Shown: positions 28,397-37,121 of the stretch, in pieces
Numbering within the stretch: the stretch's first letter is position 1
Layout: each line of letters starts with the position of its first letter
IMG/VR virus record: IMGVR_UViG_3300017714_003662
Span: 3,945 to 67,944 of that record
Strand: one strand, 5' to 3'
DNA length: 64,000 nt
Source of the DNA: a virus
Program-made: the position numbers and the translations under genes
The notes under the pieces: model-generated
What the model saw: only the letters and a program-made list of their open reading frames with translations
What the model was told of the DNA's origin: nothing
The model's database searches: none

Positions 28397-28492
28397 TTAG
28401 AATATTATGATCGATAGTACGATAATTGGTGTCAACACTATAACACCAATTACCAAACAATGTATTGTTCTCCACATTACGTCTTGTTTCAT
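28397..28492 (-). CDS. 31-aa single-TM peptide
   Basis: MKQDVMWRTIHCLVIGVIVLTPIIVLSIIIF fills the gap between neighbours. Confidence 0.45.
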   Translation of the reverse strand: MKQDVMWRTIHCLVIGVIVLTPIIVLSIIIF

Positions 28493-28493
28493 A

Positions 28494-28832
28494 TTACACC
28501 AAGTAATGTGGACCAGTCCAAGCAACACTGAACTCTTCAAAAATGTTACCACGTGCAGCATTTGTTGCTGGAGCATTGTATCCAGCGGCTTTAAGAATAT
28601 CACCTTTTTTAAACTTAGGACCATCTTCTTTAACAATAAAGCCCCAAACACCTGTGCCTCGGACTAGTTTGATATACTTCTTACCTTCTCTAATTTCAAA
28701 GCTATCTTCAAAGTTAGCAAGCTCATTAGCAAAGTAGCTACCTGGCTCTGGTGTACCACGCCCGCTTGCTGTAACAAACTTTGTGTAATCTGCTTTACAT
28801 TTTTGGATTAGTGTTTTAATTTCGTTTTGCAT
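28494..28832 (-). CDS. Conserved early phage protein
   Basis: GKKYIKL, VWGFIVK, GDILKAAGYNAPA, ARGNI; GAGG SD. Confidence 0.75.
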   Translation of the reverse strand: MQNEIKTLIQKCKADYTKFVTASGRGTPEPGSYFANELANFEDSFEIREGKKYIKLVRGTGVWGFIVKEDGPKFKKGDILKAAGYNAPATNAARGNIFEEFSVAWTGPHYLV

Positions 28833-28845
28833 ATCAACCTCTATA

Positions 28846-28917
28846 TTTGCTTAACTTATACATATAATATAAGACATCTTGGTTCAGATGTCAACCAGAA
28901 AATGCATCTTTTTTAAT
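28846..28917 (-). repeat. 72-bp early-promoter cassette, copy 1
   Basis: 71/72 identical to 31132..31203; contains TTGACA-N17-TATATT. Confidence 0.9.
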
Positions 28918-29233
28918 CTTTTTTAATCTTTTTTCTTACTGTTCCTGACTTAGTAAAGTATGTTTCACGTAAACTTTTTAATCCACCTTCAACTCTACTA
29001 GGATATTTGCCTAAGAATGAACCTGCCTGTAGATCACCTTTTGTAATATATTCTTTATGAAAGTGTTCTATATCATCCCATACTGCTAGCATTGTTTTTC
29101 CCATTTCATCAAAAAACCCATCGCTAAAGATTGCATCATCTTGTTCATAATATGCATATGATGCCATAAGATACCAAGGCACCATCATATTTACATTATT
29201 AGAAAATAATTCTGCAGCATGATCATCTAACAT
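28913..29233 (-). CDS. Stand-alone LigA subdomain Ia-like protein
   Basis: ASYAYYEQDDAIFSDGFFD resembles NAD-ligase YYxxDxPxISDxEYD. Confidence 0.6.
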   Translation of the reverse strand: MLDDHAAELFSNNVNMMVPWYLMASYAYYEQDDAIFSDGFFDEMGKTMLAVWDDIEHFHKEYITKGDLQAGSFLGKYPSRVEGGLKSLRETYFTKSGTVRKKIKKD

Positions 29234-29524
29234 TTATAACTCCATTTTCATTAAATCGTCGTATTCCCATTGTGCTTGAATTGCTACACCTGACTTTTCT
29301 GCTAAATTTGCCCAACACATAGAAGGCATAGCTGTTTGTGTAACTTGTTTTCTAGCTTTCTTGTGTAAATGCTGTGGTTTCATTCCATGTAATTCTGTCA
29401 TGTTATGCATTAATATATTAGGGGAAAACTTTATTTTAACTTGCATAGCTTCAAAATCTGTCATTACTACACAATCATTTCTTCCACTAATTGTAACACT
29501 CCAAACACTAGCTACATCTGCCAT
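29234..29524 (-). CDS. Hypothetical protein
   Basis: ORF in operon. Confidence 0.6.
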   Translation of the reverse strand: MADVASVWSVTISGRNDCVVMTDFEAMQVKIKFSPNILMHNMTELHGMKPQHLHKKARKQVTQTAMPSMCWANLAEKSGVAIQAQWEYDDLMKMEL

Positions 29525-30387
29525 ACTTCCACGCTTTCTGAACCAAATTTGGTTCCTTTAATACTACAATTAGCACATACGCCGCCTCGCTTGCCTTTTG
29601 CTAATTGTTTTCGAATCCATACAAGTTTATTACTATTCCAACAATTAACAAATCCATCAACAAGTATATTTCCCATGTTGCCTGCTTCTCGATGCCAATC
29701 ATTACAACACAATGTAATATCACCGTTCCAATCGATCATAGTTTTATAAAATGGTAAGTAACATGGATTTTGTATTCCTTTACCACCCATAGTGCCGCCT
29801 CTATTATTGAAGCCATATTGTTCAATCAATGCTTGTGCATTACCATCATCATAATGGTTACGTAGACGCCAATTATATTCTTCAAAATTTTGTTTCATTT
29901 TTGTCATACGTGTATTATATTGTTCATCGCCATCATAGCAATCAACAGTTAACATATTAAGTCCCGATTGAAACATTTCATGTGCATACAATATATCACT
30001 ATCAATTAATCTATCACCGTTTGTGGTTACTTCAATATATACACTTGCTTCACGTAGTATAGAAATAATTTCTTTTAACTGAGGATGAGTGTGAGGTTCT
30101 CCAAATCCTGTGATATGTATATCTCCAAACCAATCTGTTTTTTTTAATTGTTGTGTAATACTACGTACTGTATCTAGTTCCATAAAATCTTTTTTATTTG
30201 GGTATACTTCTGGATCGTGGCGTGGACAAAAACTACAAGTTCTATTACATAATTCAGTAATGTTAAGTTCTATAGTTGATAAACCAGGCAGATGCTTACT
30301 ATGAATATTTGCATTTCCATGTCTTGCTTTCCTGCTATCAATGTGTTTATCTACATCAAACATCTTTACGAGGAAATACTTTATCAA
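29512..30387 (-). CDS. Radical SAM/SPASM protein
   Basis: CNRTCSFCP, GFGEP, TTNGD, C-terminal CYLP..CCNDW..CANC. Confidence 0.92.
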   Translation of the reverse strand: MIKYFLVKMFDVDKHIDSRKARHGNANIHSKHLPGLSTIELNITELCNRTCSFCPRHDPEVYPNKKDFMELDTVRSITQQLKKTDWFGDIHITGFGEPHTHPQLKEIISILREASVYIEVTTNGDRLIDSDILYAHEMFQSGLNMLTVDCYDGDEQYNTRMTKMKQNFEEYNWRLRNHYDDGNAQALIEQYGFNNRGGTMGGKGIQNPCYLPFYKTMIDWNGDITLCCNDWHREAGNMGNILVDGFVNCWNSNKLVWIRKQLAKGKRGGVCANCSIKGTKFGSESVEVWQM

Positions 30388-30571
30388 CTATGTCAATAAC
30401 CCATGCCATAAGTAGCACAGTCCAACCAAATGGACCCGATAAGCATAAAACTACGCACATGACCCAAGTTTTTGGATTTTTACCAATCCATTTTTTTGCA
30501 CACCACATTACTAATCCAAAGTGAGTTGCTGCTAATAGAATTGATAAAAATACTATTACAATGTATTCCAT
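30356..30571 (-). CDS. Small membrane protein
   Basis: Hydrophobic 71 aa ORF. Confidence 0.6.
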   Translation of the reverse strand: MEYIVIVFLSILLAATHFGLVMWCAKKWIGKNPKTWVMCVVLCLSGPFGWTVLLMAWVIDIVDKVFPRKDV

Positions 30572-30744
30572 TTATGAACTCCATACCGATTAGCTGTTAA
30601 ATCTTGTGTAAGTTTACCAGCCACTTGCATCCAGTATTTATGTGCCCAACTATCTCTTGGACACGTTTCTGCTACTCGAACACAATTATCGATACGCTTT
30701 TTATATAATTTTTGTAAAGCAGGAGTCATTTCTTTATAAACCAT
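30556..30744 (-). CDS. Hypothetical protein
   Basis: TAATG-coupled ORF. Confidence 0.6.
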   Translation of the reverse strand: MVYKEMTPALQKLYKKRIDNCVRVAETCPRDSWAHKYWMQVAGKLTQDLTANRYGVHKWNTL

Positions 30745-31118
30745 TATGCTGTAAGCTCATATGGTTTATTCCAGTTACCAACATTAATGTCAGTGTAATG
30801 TGACCTATCAAAGTAATCACTCTGTGCGTCATCATTATTATAATATTTAGAACCTTTCATAGCCGCTAATAATTCGTTCAAAAAGTTTTTTGCCACTGTA
30901 TTGTTGGCATAATGATCATCAATCCAATATTCGTTAACTTGAATATATTGGTCGCCATGTGTATAGTTACCTGTAAAATCAATAGCACCAGACTTGATAT
31001 TCACTGCCAATGTACTGTGATTTCTAACTGAAATACTAGCTTTCATTTTGTATTTTTTCAATACATTTTTAATAGCCGGTGCTAGTTCTTTTTTCATTTC
31101 TTGTGATACATATGCCAT
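30744..31118 (-). CDS. Conserved early phage protein
   Basis: AGGAG SD; DAQSDYF..YTDINVGNWNKPY. Confidence 0.75.
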   Translation of the reverse strand: MAYVSQEMKKELAPAIKNVLKKYKMKASISVRNHSTLAVNIKSGAIDFTGNYTHGDQYIQVNEYWIDDHYANNTVAKNFLNELLAAMKGSKYYNNDDAQSDYFDRSHYTDINVGNWNKPYELTA

Positions 31119-31131
31119 TTGCTAACTCCTG

Positions 31132-31203
31132 TTTGCTTAACTTATACATATAATATAAGACATCTTGGTTCAGAAGTCAACCAGAAAATGCATCTTTTTT
31201 AAT
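31132..31203 (-). repeat. 72-bp early-promoter cassette, copy 2
   Basis: Same as 28846..28917 except TTGACT for TTGACA. Confidence 0.9.
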
Positions 31204-31218
31204 TTTTTTTAATCTTTT

Positions 31219-31713
31219 TTAATGAACAGTGTCATCGGCCAGTTTTATGTATACAAGATTTGTTTTCATTGTGTGATATTTTTCTTCTATAAACAAACTA
31301 TTCACACATCTCCACATGCCTTTAAATTCTGGATTCCATATGCCTGTGGTTATATTGGTAGGAAGTAAGTATTCAAGATTTATTTTATGATTCTTGCCTG
31401 GCGAAATATTATACTTAGGAGATATAGTTATTCTATCTTGTCCAAGAACTACTACTTCTTTTGTTTTAAAATTTGTAAAGTGAAGTTCTAAATGTTGCAT
31501 TTGACATCTAATTTGTCTATCAAATGTTCCTGTAAATACAATTTTATTGTCTTTAGACTTTGCTTGTAACTGAACACTTTCCATTGCATCATGTGATTTA
31601 AGGGTAATATATTGCTGAATCAGACAAGCTGAGAAAAGAACAATACTAACTGCGAACAGGAATAATCCTATTTCATACAGTGTAGTTGCTCCTTTTAGCT
31701 TTACTATTCTCAT
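31219..31713 (-). CDS. Membrane-anchored hypothetical protein
   Basis: N-terminal TM; TAAATA-N5-ATG. Confidence 0.65.
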   Translation of the reverse strand: MRIVKLKGATTLYEIGLFLFAVSIVLFSACLIQQYITLKSHDAMESVQLQAKSKDNKIVFTGTFDRQIRCQMQHLELHFTNFKTKEVVVLGQDRITISPKYNISPGKNHKINLEYLLPTNITTGIWNPEFKGMWRCVNSLFIEEKYHTMKTNLVYIKLADDTVH

Positions 31714-31721
31714 ATAGGTAT

Positions 31722-32477
31722 TTATCTAACACTGTCATATTCTAGGCGAATATCGTTTAGTAATTGGGTATTGTATTCTTGTTTAGATTTTATATCAATT
31801 AAATATTCATCTACCCATTTTTTGCTAGGAGGTTGCAGTCCTACCTTTTCCCACAAATTATAAATTTCTGGCGAGCGCATCCAATCTACTTGTTCAATTG
31901 AATAATCAAAACTATTCTTATCTTTCCATTCTCTATCAATTCTCATCTTATGAACAAAATTTAATATTACATCTTTTGATCCTGGAAAAACATGATTTTG
32001 TTCGCTATAGTTTGCATTTCTATCATCTTCCATTATATCGTTGTATTCACGCATTGCCCAGTTTTCAATGTCCATGTCCCAATCGCCAATAGTAGCGTTT
32101 ACAACAACTGCATAATTTTTTCTACTCCATCTCCATATATCTTTTGTATTATGTGCATGTAGTAACAATGCAACACTTTTACTTTTTGAAATGTTTAAAA
32201 GACCGTCTAGTTGATCTTCTCTTATTTCTAATGTATTTCTAATTTCAAAATTGTAATATTGTTTTTCGTAATCTGTTAAATTCCAATAGTCATCATGACA
32301 TCTAACTTTTCCAAGTATACCGGGTTCATAATCTATATCTTTACCATCTAGTTGATACGTAGCATAATTTTCTCCTGCATTGCTTTCTCCGTAGAGCTCT
32401 GGACTATTGTTTAGTAAATATGCAATTTCCATTTGCGCCATACAGCTATGACTACAAATAAGATATAATGTATTCAT
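31722..32477 (-). CDS. Hypothetical protein, possible degenerate sulfotransferase fold
   Basis: N-terminal LICSHSC..EIAYLLNNSP. Confidence 0.5.
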   Translation of the reverse strand: MNTLYLICSHSCMAQMEIAYLLNNSPELYGESNAGENYATYQLDGKDIDYEPGILGKVRCHDDYWNLTDYEKQYYNFEIRNTLEIREDQLDGLLNISKSKSVALLLHAHNTKDIWRWSRKNYAVVVNATIGDWDMDIENWAMREYNDIMEDDRNANYSEQNHVFPGSKDVILNFVHKMRIDREWKDKNSFDYSIEQVDWMRSPEIYNLWEKVGLQPPSKKWVDEYLIDIKSKQEYNTQLLNDIRLEYDSVR

Positions 32478-32638
32478 TCTTCATCAACTTTCTGTTTAAG
32501 TTTATGGTTAAAAACTCCTGCTGCAATAAAACTACTTGCTGCTAACATTGGCACAACATATACCATTTTGTCAGTTAAATAAGCCACTGTATAAGTTGGC
32601 ACAAGAACTATAGCTGCCTGCAAAAAACTTTTTTTCAT
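32474..32638 (-). CDS. 54-aa membrane peptide (below ORF-track cutoff)
   Basis: MKKSFLQAAIVLVPTY...KVDEE*, ATGA-coupled on both sides. Confidence 0.6.
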   Translation of the reverse strand: MKKSFLQAAIVLVPTYTVAYLTDKMVYVVPMLAASSFIAAGVFNHKLKQKVDEE

Positions 32639-32907
32639 TCTTTATACAGCTCACGTTTTTCTTTTATTGCTTCTTCTATATCAAGGATTTGTTCATTTTC
32701 GATCAATCTTATAATTGTTTCTGTTACACCAATTTCATGTTGTAACATTCCCATCTTAGCCATAAGTTTTTCTAATTCTTTTGTATAGAATCTAAGCTCT
32801 TTTCTTTTACGTTTTCTTTGATCATATATATCTGTTATATCTATAATTAATTTTGGAGATTTATCTTCGTGGAGCTTATCGCCACTGTTATGTCCTATTA
32901 GAGTCAT
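32635..32907 (-). CDS. Coiled-coil hypothetical protein
   Basis: GAGG SD; 90 aa. Confidence 0.7.
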   Translation of the reverse strand: MTLIGHNSGDKLHEDKSPKLIIDITDIYDQRKRKRKELRFYTKELEKLMAKMGMLQHEIGVTETIIRLIENEQILDIEEAIKEKRELYKE

Positions 32908-33010
32908 TTTTTACCTCATTTAATAAGATAGATTTTGCAGTCCTCTGGCTTTTGTCCTATAGGCTAATAAAACCCGGGCCAATAATGCAAGTCTACTGTA
33001 TAAGTATTTA

Positions 33011-33640
33011 TTATTTGTAAACAGTAGTTCTATATCTTGTAAGTAAACTTTTTCTAATTCTATCACCTGGCTTTGTAGCATGCCATGCTTGGCTTGGATT
33101 TGTTCCATATATTAGTGCAGAATTTCTTTTCATAGGAGTCTCAAGTTCACCATTTCCTTCTTCATCTTTATATAAAATTGTTCCAAATTCATCATAATCT
33201 TTGTCAGGCAAAAATATACTTATCTGAAATACAGGAACCTCACTACCATCACTGTCTTCATGTATTGGAATATGATGCTCGGGCATATCTAGTAAATAAC
33301 CATGCACTACATATTTTAGATGAGGTAAAATACTTTCACATTTAAATTTATTACAAAGTGTTTCTATAAATTCTTCAGACTCTGTAAATTCCATATATTC
33401 ATCCCATCCACATCCATGATTATAACAGTGGTCTCTGTCACCCTTTTCAACGTCATCTTCTGTAAAATAATCTACTCTGTTATATGCAAATTCCCATATC
33501 CAATCTTTATCAGCAAAATCTGCTCTAAGTGTATCATAATCATCATCGTCTAAAAAATTTTCAATAAACAGGTGTTCATATGGTTCTGTTTGTAAAGTAG
33601 CATTATTAATCATATCTAATACGTGTTGTTTATATTTCAT
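33011..33640 (-). CDS. 2OG-Fe(II) oxygenase
   Basis: EPYEHLFIENFL, IHED (HxD), GTILY, WHA, RKS; start ATG 33640. Confidence 0.82.
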   Translation of the reverse strand: MKYKQHVLDMINNATLQTEPYEHLFIENFLDDDDYDTLRADFADKDWIWEFAYNRVDYFTEDDVEKGDRDHCYNHGCGWDEYMEFTESEEFIETLCNKFKCESILPHLKYVVHGYLLDMPEHHIPIHEDSDGSEVPVFQISIFLPDKDYDEFGTILYKDEEGNGELETPMKRNSALIYGTNPSQAWHATKPGDRIRKSLLTRYRTTVYK

Positions 33641-34404
33641 TCTATTGTCTCCACAAATGCACGTTCTTGTACAAAGTCTCCTGGGCTCCTCATAGTTCCA
33701 TGCATCCAACCTTGTTGTTCTAGCATTTCTCTTATTTCATTGTTAAAACTAGGTCCACCACATATCATTATTCTATCACGTGTTTTATCAAATTCTGTAA
33801 AGTTTAATCCAAGCTGACTGAACAGCTCACCGCTACGGATGTTGTCTGTGATCCTTCCTTCAAATATGCCGTCTCTAGGTTTCTCTCTAGTGACGCTTTG
33901 ATACACTGTTGCTCCATGTTGTTCAAGTTCGGTGCGAAACACGCACTCATCATTGGAACGACAAGTATGAGTAATAATAACTTGTTCATAATATTCATAT
34001 ACCTCCTGGTGTCTTGCTAAACTTAAAAATGGTGCTAGCCCTGTACCTGTACTTATCATCCATAGTTTTGCATTACCATTTATGCATGGCTCTGGATCTA
34101 AATTTCTAAGCAATAATGTTCCTATAGCTTTATGACTTACATTTACAGTATCACCCACTGAGATGTGTTGTAGCTGGCTTGTAAGCGGGCCATCTGGAAC
34201 TTTAATAGATAAAAATTCCAAATGTTCATTATCTGGTGAATTTGCAATACTATATGCACGAGTAACATCTACAGATGGCATACCAATCATTGTGAACTCT
34301 CCTGGCTGGAAGTTTTTCTTATTCCATAAATCTCCCTTTGTAGTTTTAAACCAAAACAACTCATCTGTATAGTGTTCTATTTCTAATACTTTTTCTTCGT
34401 TCAT
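33637..34404 (-). CDS. fpr: Ferredoxin/flavodoxin-NADP+ reductase
   Basis: RAYSIAN, LEFLSIKVPDGPLTS, STGTGLAPFLS, VTRE, GRIT, MICGGP, ERAFVE. Confidence 0.93.
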   Translation of the reverse strand: MNEEKVLEIEHYTDELFWFKTTKGDLWNKKNFQPGEFTMIGMPSVDVTRAYSIANSPDNEHLEFLSIKVPDGPLTSQLQHISVGDTVNVSHKAIGTLLLRNLDPEPCINGNAKLWMISTGTGLAPFLSLARHQEVYEYYEQVIITHTCRSNDECVFRTELEQHGATVYQSVTREKPRDGIFEGRITDNIRSGELFSQLGLNFTEFDKTRDRIMICGGPSFNNEIREMLEQQGWMHGTMRSPGDFVQERAFVETIE

Positions 34405-35162
34405 ATTATTTCCTTATAAAATTGTATGTTTATTCCACTTTTTAAAAATCTTTCATTTGGCTTCATATTTGAAGCACAACTTGCATGTAATTGACATGCA
34501 TCAAACAAAAATATATCACCTGGTTCAAATTTAAAACAATTTTCTATTTCTAATCCTTGTAATGTTTTTTTACCTATCTGTGGAAATATATAATCATTAG
34601 ATTCAAGTTTATCATCGTGTTTACTAATAGTTCCATCTTCTAAATAAAATGTAGGATGCTCACGTGCTAATTCATACATACTATCGTTTTGTTCACTTAC
34701 ATAGTCTCTATCAATAGTTATACTATTTCCAATATGCCTCTGCTTTAGAAATGCTGTATATGTTTCTGCATTATGACTAAGCATTAAAGGTATAACAACA
34801 CTTTTCCAGGGTATTACTTTGTGTGTCCAGTCATAGACAGTAAGTTCATCTTCTGTTAACAAATCAACATGACAATCGTGTAGCTGAGTAGTAATATAGA
34901 AATTGCCTGTATGGTTAATCCAATAGTTGCCCAGTAACATTTGAAACTTTGTTTCGAGCCAACTAATACTTTTAAACATTGTATCTATATCTACAACACT
35001 TTGAATATTATTACTTGTAGGTGTCCACTTAATGCGTTCACCGTTTGCAAACTGATATTCACTCAGAATTTCAACTTCTTCTGATGTGAAGAAGTTTTCT
35101 ACAACCTGTGCAGGAGAAAAGTTTTGAATAATCTCTTTTTTGTAATTTTTACAATTATCTAT
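34401..35162 (-). CDS. 2OG-Fe(II) oxygenase-like; frame open to an ATA at 35162 (ORF track starts at ATG 34979)
   Basis: Upstream in-frame VVENFFTSEEVEIL motif; CHVD, FDACQLHAS. Confidence 0.65.
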   Translation of the reverse strand: MDNCKNYKKEIIQNFSPAQVVENFFTSEEVEILSEYQFANGERIKWTPTSNNIQSVVDIDTMFKSISWLETKFQMLLGNYWINHTGNFYITTQLHDCHVDLLTEDELTVYDWTHKVIPWKSVVIPLMLSHNAETYTAFLKQRHIGNSITIDRDYVSEQNDSMYELAREHPTFYLEDGTISKHDDKLESNDYIFPQIGKKTLQGLEIENCFKFEPGDIFLFDACQLHASCASNMKPNERFLKSGINIQFYKEII

Positions 35163-35177
35163 ATATGTGTTTATGAT

Positions 35178-35214
35178 AAAAAAAATAGTGAATATACTAT
35201 GTATATCACTATTT
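35178..35214 (-). terminator. Terminator after tRNA-Glu
   Basis: AAATAGTGA..TCACTATTT stem followed by T-run. Confidence 0.7.
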
Positions 35215-35219
35215 ATGTT

Positions 35220-35294
35220 TGGTAGCCCGTAGGGGAATTGAACCCCTCTTTCAAGGTTGAAAACCTTGCGTCCTAACCGATAGACGAACGGGCC
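35220..35294 (-). tRNA. tRNA-Glu(TTC)
   Basis: GGCCCGTTCGTCTATCGGTTAGGAC, CAAGG-TTTTCAA-CCTTG, GGTTCAATTCC, ACCA. Confidence 0.95.
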
Positions 35295-35296
35295 AG

Positions 35297-36247
35297 TTAA
35301 ATTTTATGTGCAAATGTTTTTTGAACCCAGTCTCTTTTTTGTTCCATTAGGTATGCATAATTATCAATATTATATTGCATATTTTGAGTTTTGTCAATTT
35401 CTAAATAATCTAAAACTTCATCTAAATCATCTAACCAATTTTCACTTTTTATTAATAATTTATCACTATTAACCTTGAATTGTTCACCAATGCCATCTTC
35501 CATAGTGACTTTTTTTCTATCATCCCATATTCTATCTAGGTCATCGTGTGCATTTAATTCTACTTTTTCAGGATCTTTGTGATTTTGTTCTACTAATGCA
35601 TTACATAAATCCCAATGCATAAAATTAAGTTGCCACATATATTTTAATTCACCTGCATCAAATGCATCATGCATTTTTTTATGATAAAGTCTATACCAAT
35701 ATTCTTTCCATCGTGTAGTATCTTGTCCATCTAAATGATGATGATCTTCATACCATATTTTAGAAGCTGTGTCAATATCACTATGTTGTTGTTCACCAAA
35801 TGCATATCCTGTAATATAATGTGTAAAAGTTTCTATAAAAGGTTGTCTACAAATTACTACTTTGTCTGCACCTTCTATTCTACTGTATATGTTTGATGTG
35901 CGACCAAAATAATTAGCCCATACAACATGTTCAAACTGTTCTTCATATTTTCTATAATGACTTATAAAGTCTACAGATTCATTCTCAAGCTCAGGTTGAC
36001 TTGGACCAAGTTTTCCTACCGAACCGTTTGTTAAATTTTCCATACGTTGCATACAAAGATAATGGTCATCAAAATACTTAGATTCTCTGTTATCACTTAT
36101 TACTTTGTTAAATAACCTGCCTCTATTAGCGTTATTTACATCGGAATCAAATTTAAATATTTGTGGTCCAATATTTTCTTCCTGACATAATAACCATGCA
36201 ATACTTTCTGGTGCGCCTAAATCATGTCCATAAATTATTGACAACAT
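35297..36247 (-). CDS. Hypothetical protein, possible degenerate sulfotransferase fold
   Basis: IIYGHDLGAPESIAWLL, VVICR, DLDEVLDYLEI. Confidence 0.55.
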   Translation of the reverse strand: MLSIIYGHDLGAPESIAWLLCQEENIGPQIFKFDSDVNNANRGRLFNKVISDNRESKYFDDHYLCMQRMENLTNGSVGKLGPSQPELENESVDFISHYRKYEEQFEHVVWANYFGRTSNIYSRIEGADKVVICRQPFIETFTHYITGYAFGEQQHSDIDTASKIWYEDHHHLDGQDTTRWKEYWYRLYHKKMHDAFDAGELKYMWQLNFMHWDLCNALVEQNHKDPEKVELNAHDDLDRIWDDRKKVTMEDGIGEQFKVNSDKLLIKSENWLDDLDEVLDYLEIDKTQNMQYNIDNYAYLMEQKRDWVQKTFAHKI

Positions 36248-36265
36248 GTATACATATTCCTTTAT

Positions 36266-36340
36266 TGGAGCGGGTGATGAGATTCGAACTCACGACATTT
36301 TCGTTGGCAACGAAATGCTCTACCACTGAGCTACACCCGC
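36266..36340 (-). tRNA. tRNA-Gly(GCC)
   Basis: GCGGGTGTAGCTCAGTGGTAGAGC, loop TTGCCAA, GTTCGAATC, TCCA. Confidence 0.95.
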
Positions 36341-36343
36341 ATA

Positions 36344-36433
36344 TGGCGGAGAGAGTGGGATTTGAACCCACGGTGGACTTTCACCCACGCTGGTTTTCAA
36401 GACCAGTGCATTAAACCGCTCTGCCACCTCTCC
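36344..36433 (-). tRNA. tRNA-Ser(TGA)
   Basis: GGAGAGGTGGCAGAGCGG, loop CTTGAAA, long variable arm, GCCA. Confidence 0.95.
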
Positions 36434-36495
36434 CATAACTCCTCTTGGGCACCATCCATTTAATTATTTATTAAGAGAAATGGAACTCTTATAAT

Positions 36496-36571
36496 TGGTG
36501 GAGCCTAGGAGGATCGAACTCCTGACCTCCTGAATGCAAATCAGGCGCTCTCCCGGCTGAGCTAAGGCCCC
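36496..36571 (-). tRNA. tRNA-Ala(TGC)
   Basis: GGGGCCTTAGCTCAG, loop TTTGCAT, G3.U70, CCACCA. Confidence 0.95.
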
Positions 36572-36777
36572 TGATTAAAATACTTATCCAAGACTTCCAA
36601 GCGATCATCTGCTTCAGCTAATTTATTTAATTCAGCAATAACTGCTTCGGTAACGTCTGAATGTTCACCTATACCTGCTGGCATAGTTTGATAAACTTTA
36701 ATGTTTGCAATGTGAACTGCAACTTCTCCTTCTGCCTGTTTACGGGCAGCTTCCATGATGGCGTCTCCAGCTTTCAT
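36562..36777 (-). CDS. Conserved T4-like marine phage hypothetical protein
   Basis: GAGG SD; HIANIKVY..PAGIGEHSDV. Confidence 0.75.
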   Translation of the reverse strand: MKAGDAIMEAARKQAEGEVAVHIANIKVYQTMPAGIGEHSDVTEAVIAELNKLAEADDRLEVLDKYFNQGP

Positions 36778-36903
36778 AGTATCCTCTTTTTCTTTTGTTT
36801 AAAAATGTATTGTCTATTGTATTTCCTAACGTGTGCGCCCTAACGCTGTCCTTTATGTCCACCTCAAAAATGAGGGTAGGGTCTCCTATATGTTTTCTAT
36901 CTT

Positions 36904-36988
36904 TGGTGCGCCTGGAGGGACTTGAACCCCCACGCCGTAAAGCACTAGAACCTAAATCTAGCGTGTCTACCAATTTCACCACAGGCGC
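36904..36988 (-). tRNA. tRNA-Leu(TAG)
   Basis: GCGCCTGTGGTGAAATTGGTAGACAC, loop TTTAGGT, variable arm, CACCA. Confidence 0.95.
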
Positions 36989-36992
36989 ATTA

Positions 36993-37068
36993 TGGTGCTG
37001 CTACACGGACTTGAACCGCGGACCTACTGATTACAAATCAGTTGCTCTACCAGCTGAGCTATAGCAGC
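36993..37068 (-). tRNA. tRNA-Thr(TGT)
   Basis: GCTGCTATAGCTCAGCTGGTAGAGC, loop TTTGTAA, GGTTCAAGTCC, CACCA. Confidence 0.95.
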
Positions 37069-37121
37069 TTAAAGTATTATTATATACTATATTATTGTTA
37101 TGTCAATAGTTATGTATAGTT

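Noticed and set aside
36800-36900. tRNA-associated HDV-like (theta) ribozyme
   Set aside because: Could not find the P1 partner strand or nested pseudoknot; kept only as a generic ncRNA candidate.
36163-37064. ORFs 36163..36414(+), 36740..36982(-), 36795..37064(+)
   Set aside because: Shadows of tRNA genes (RFELTT, GLEPP type translations).
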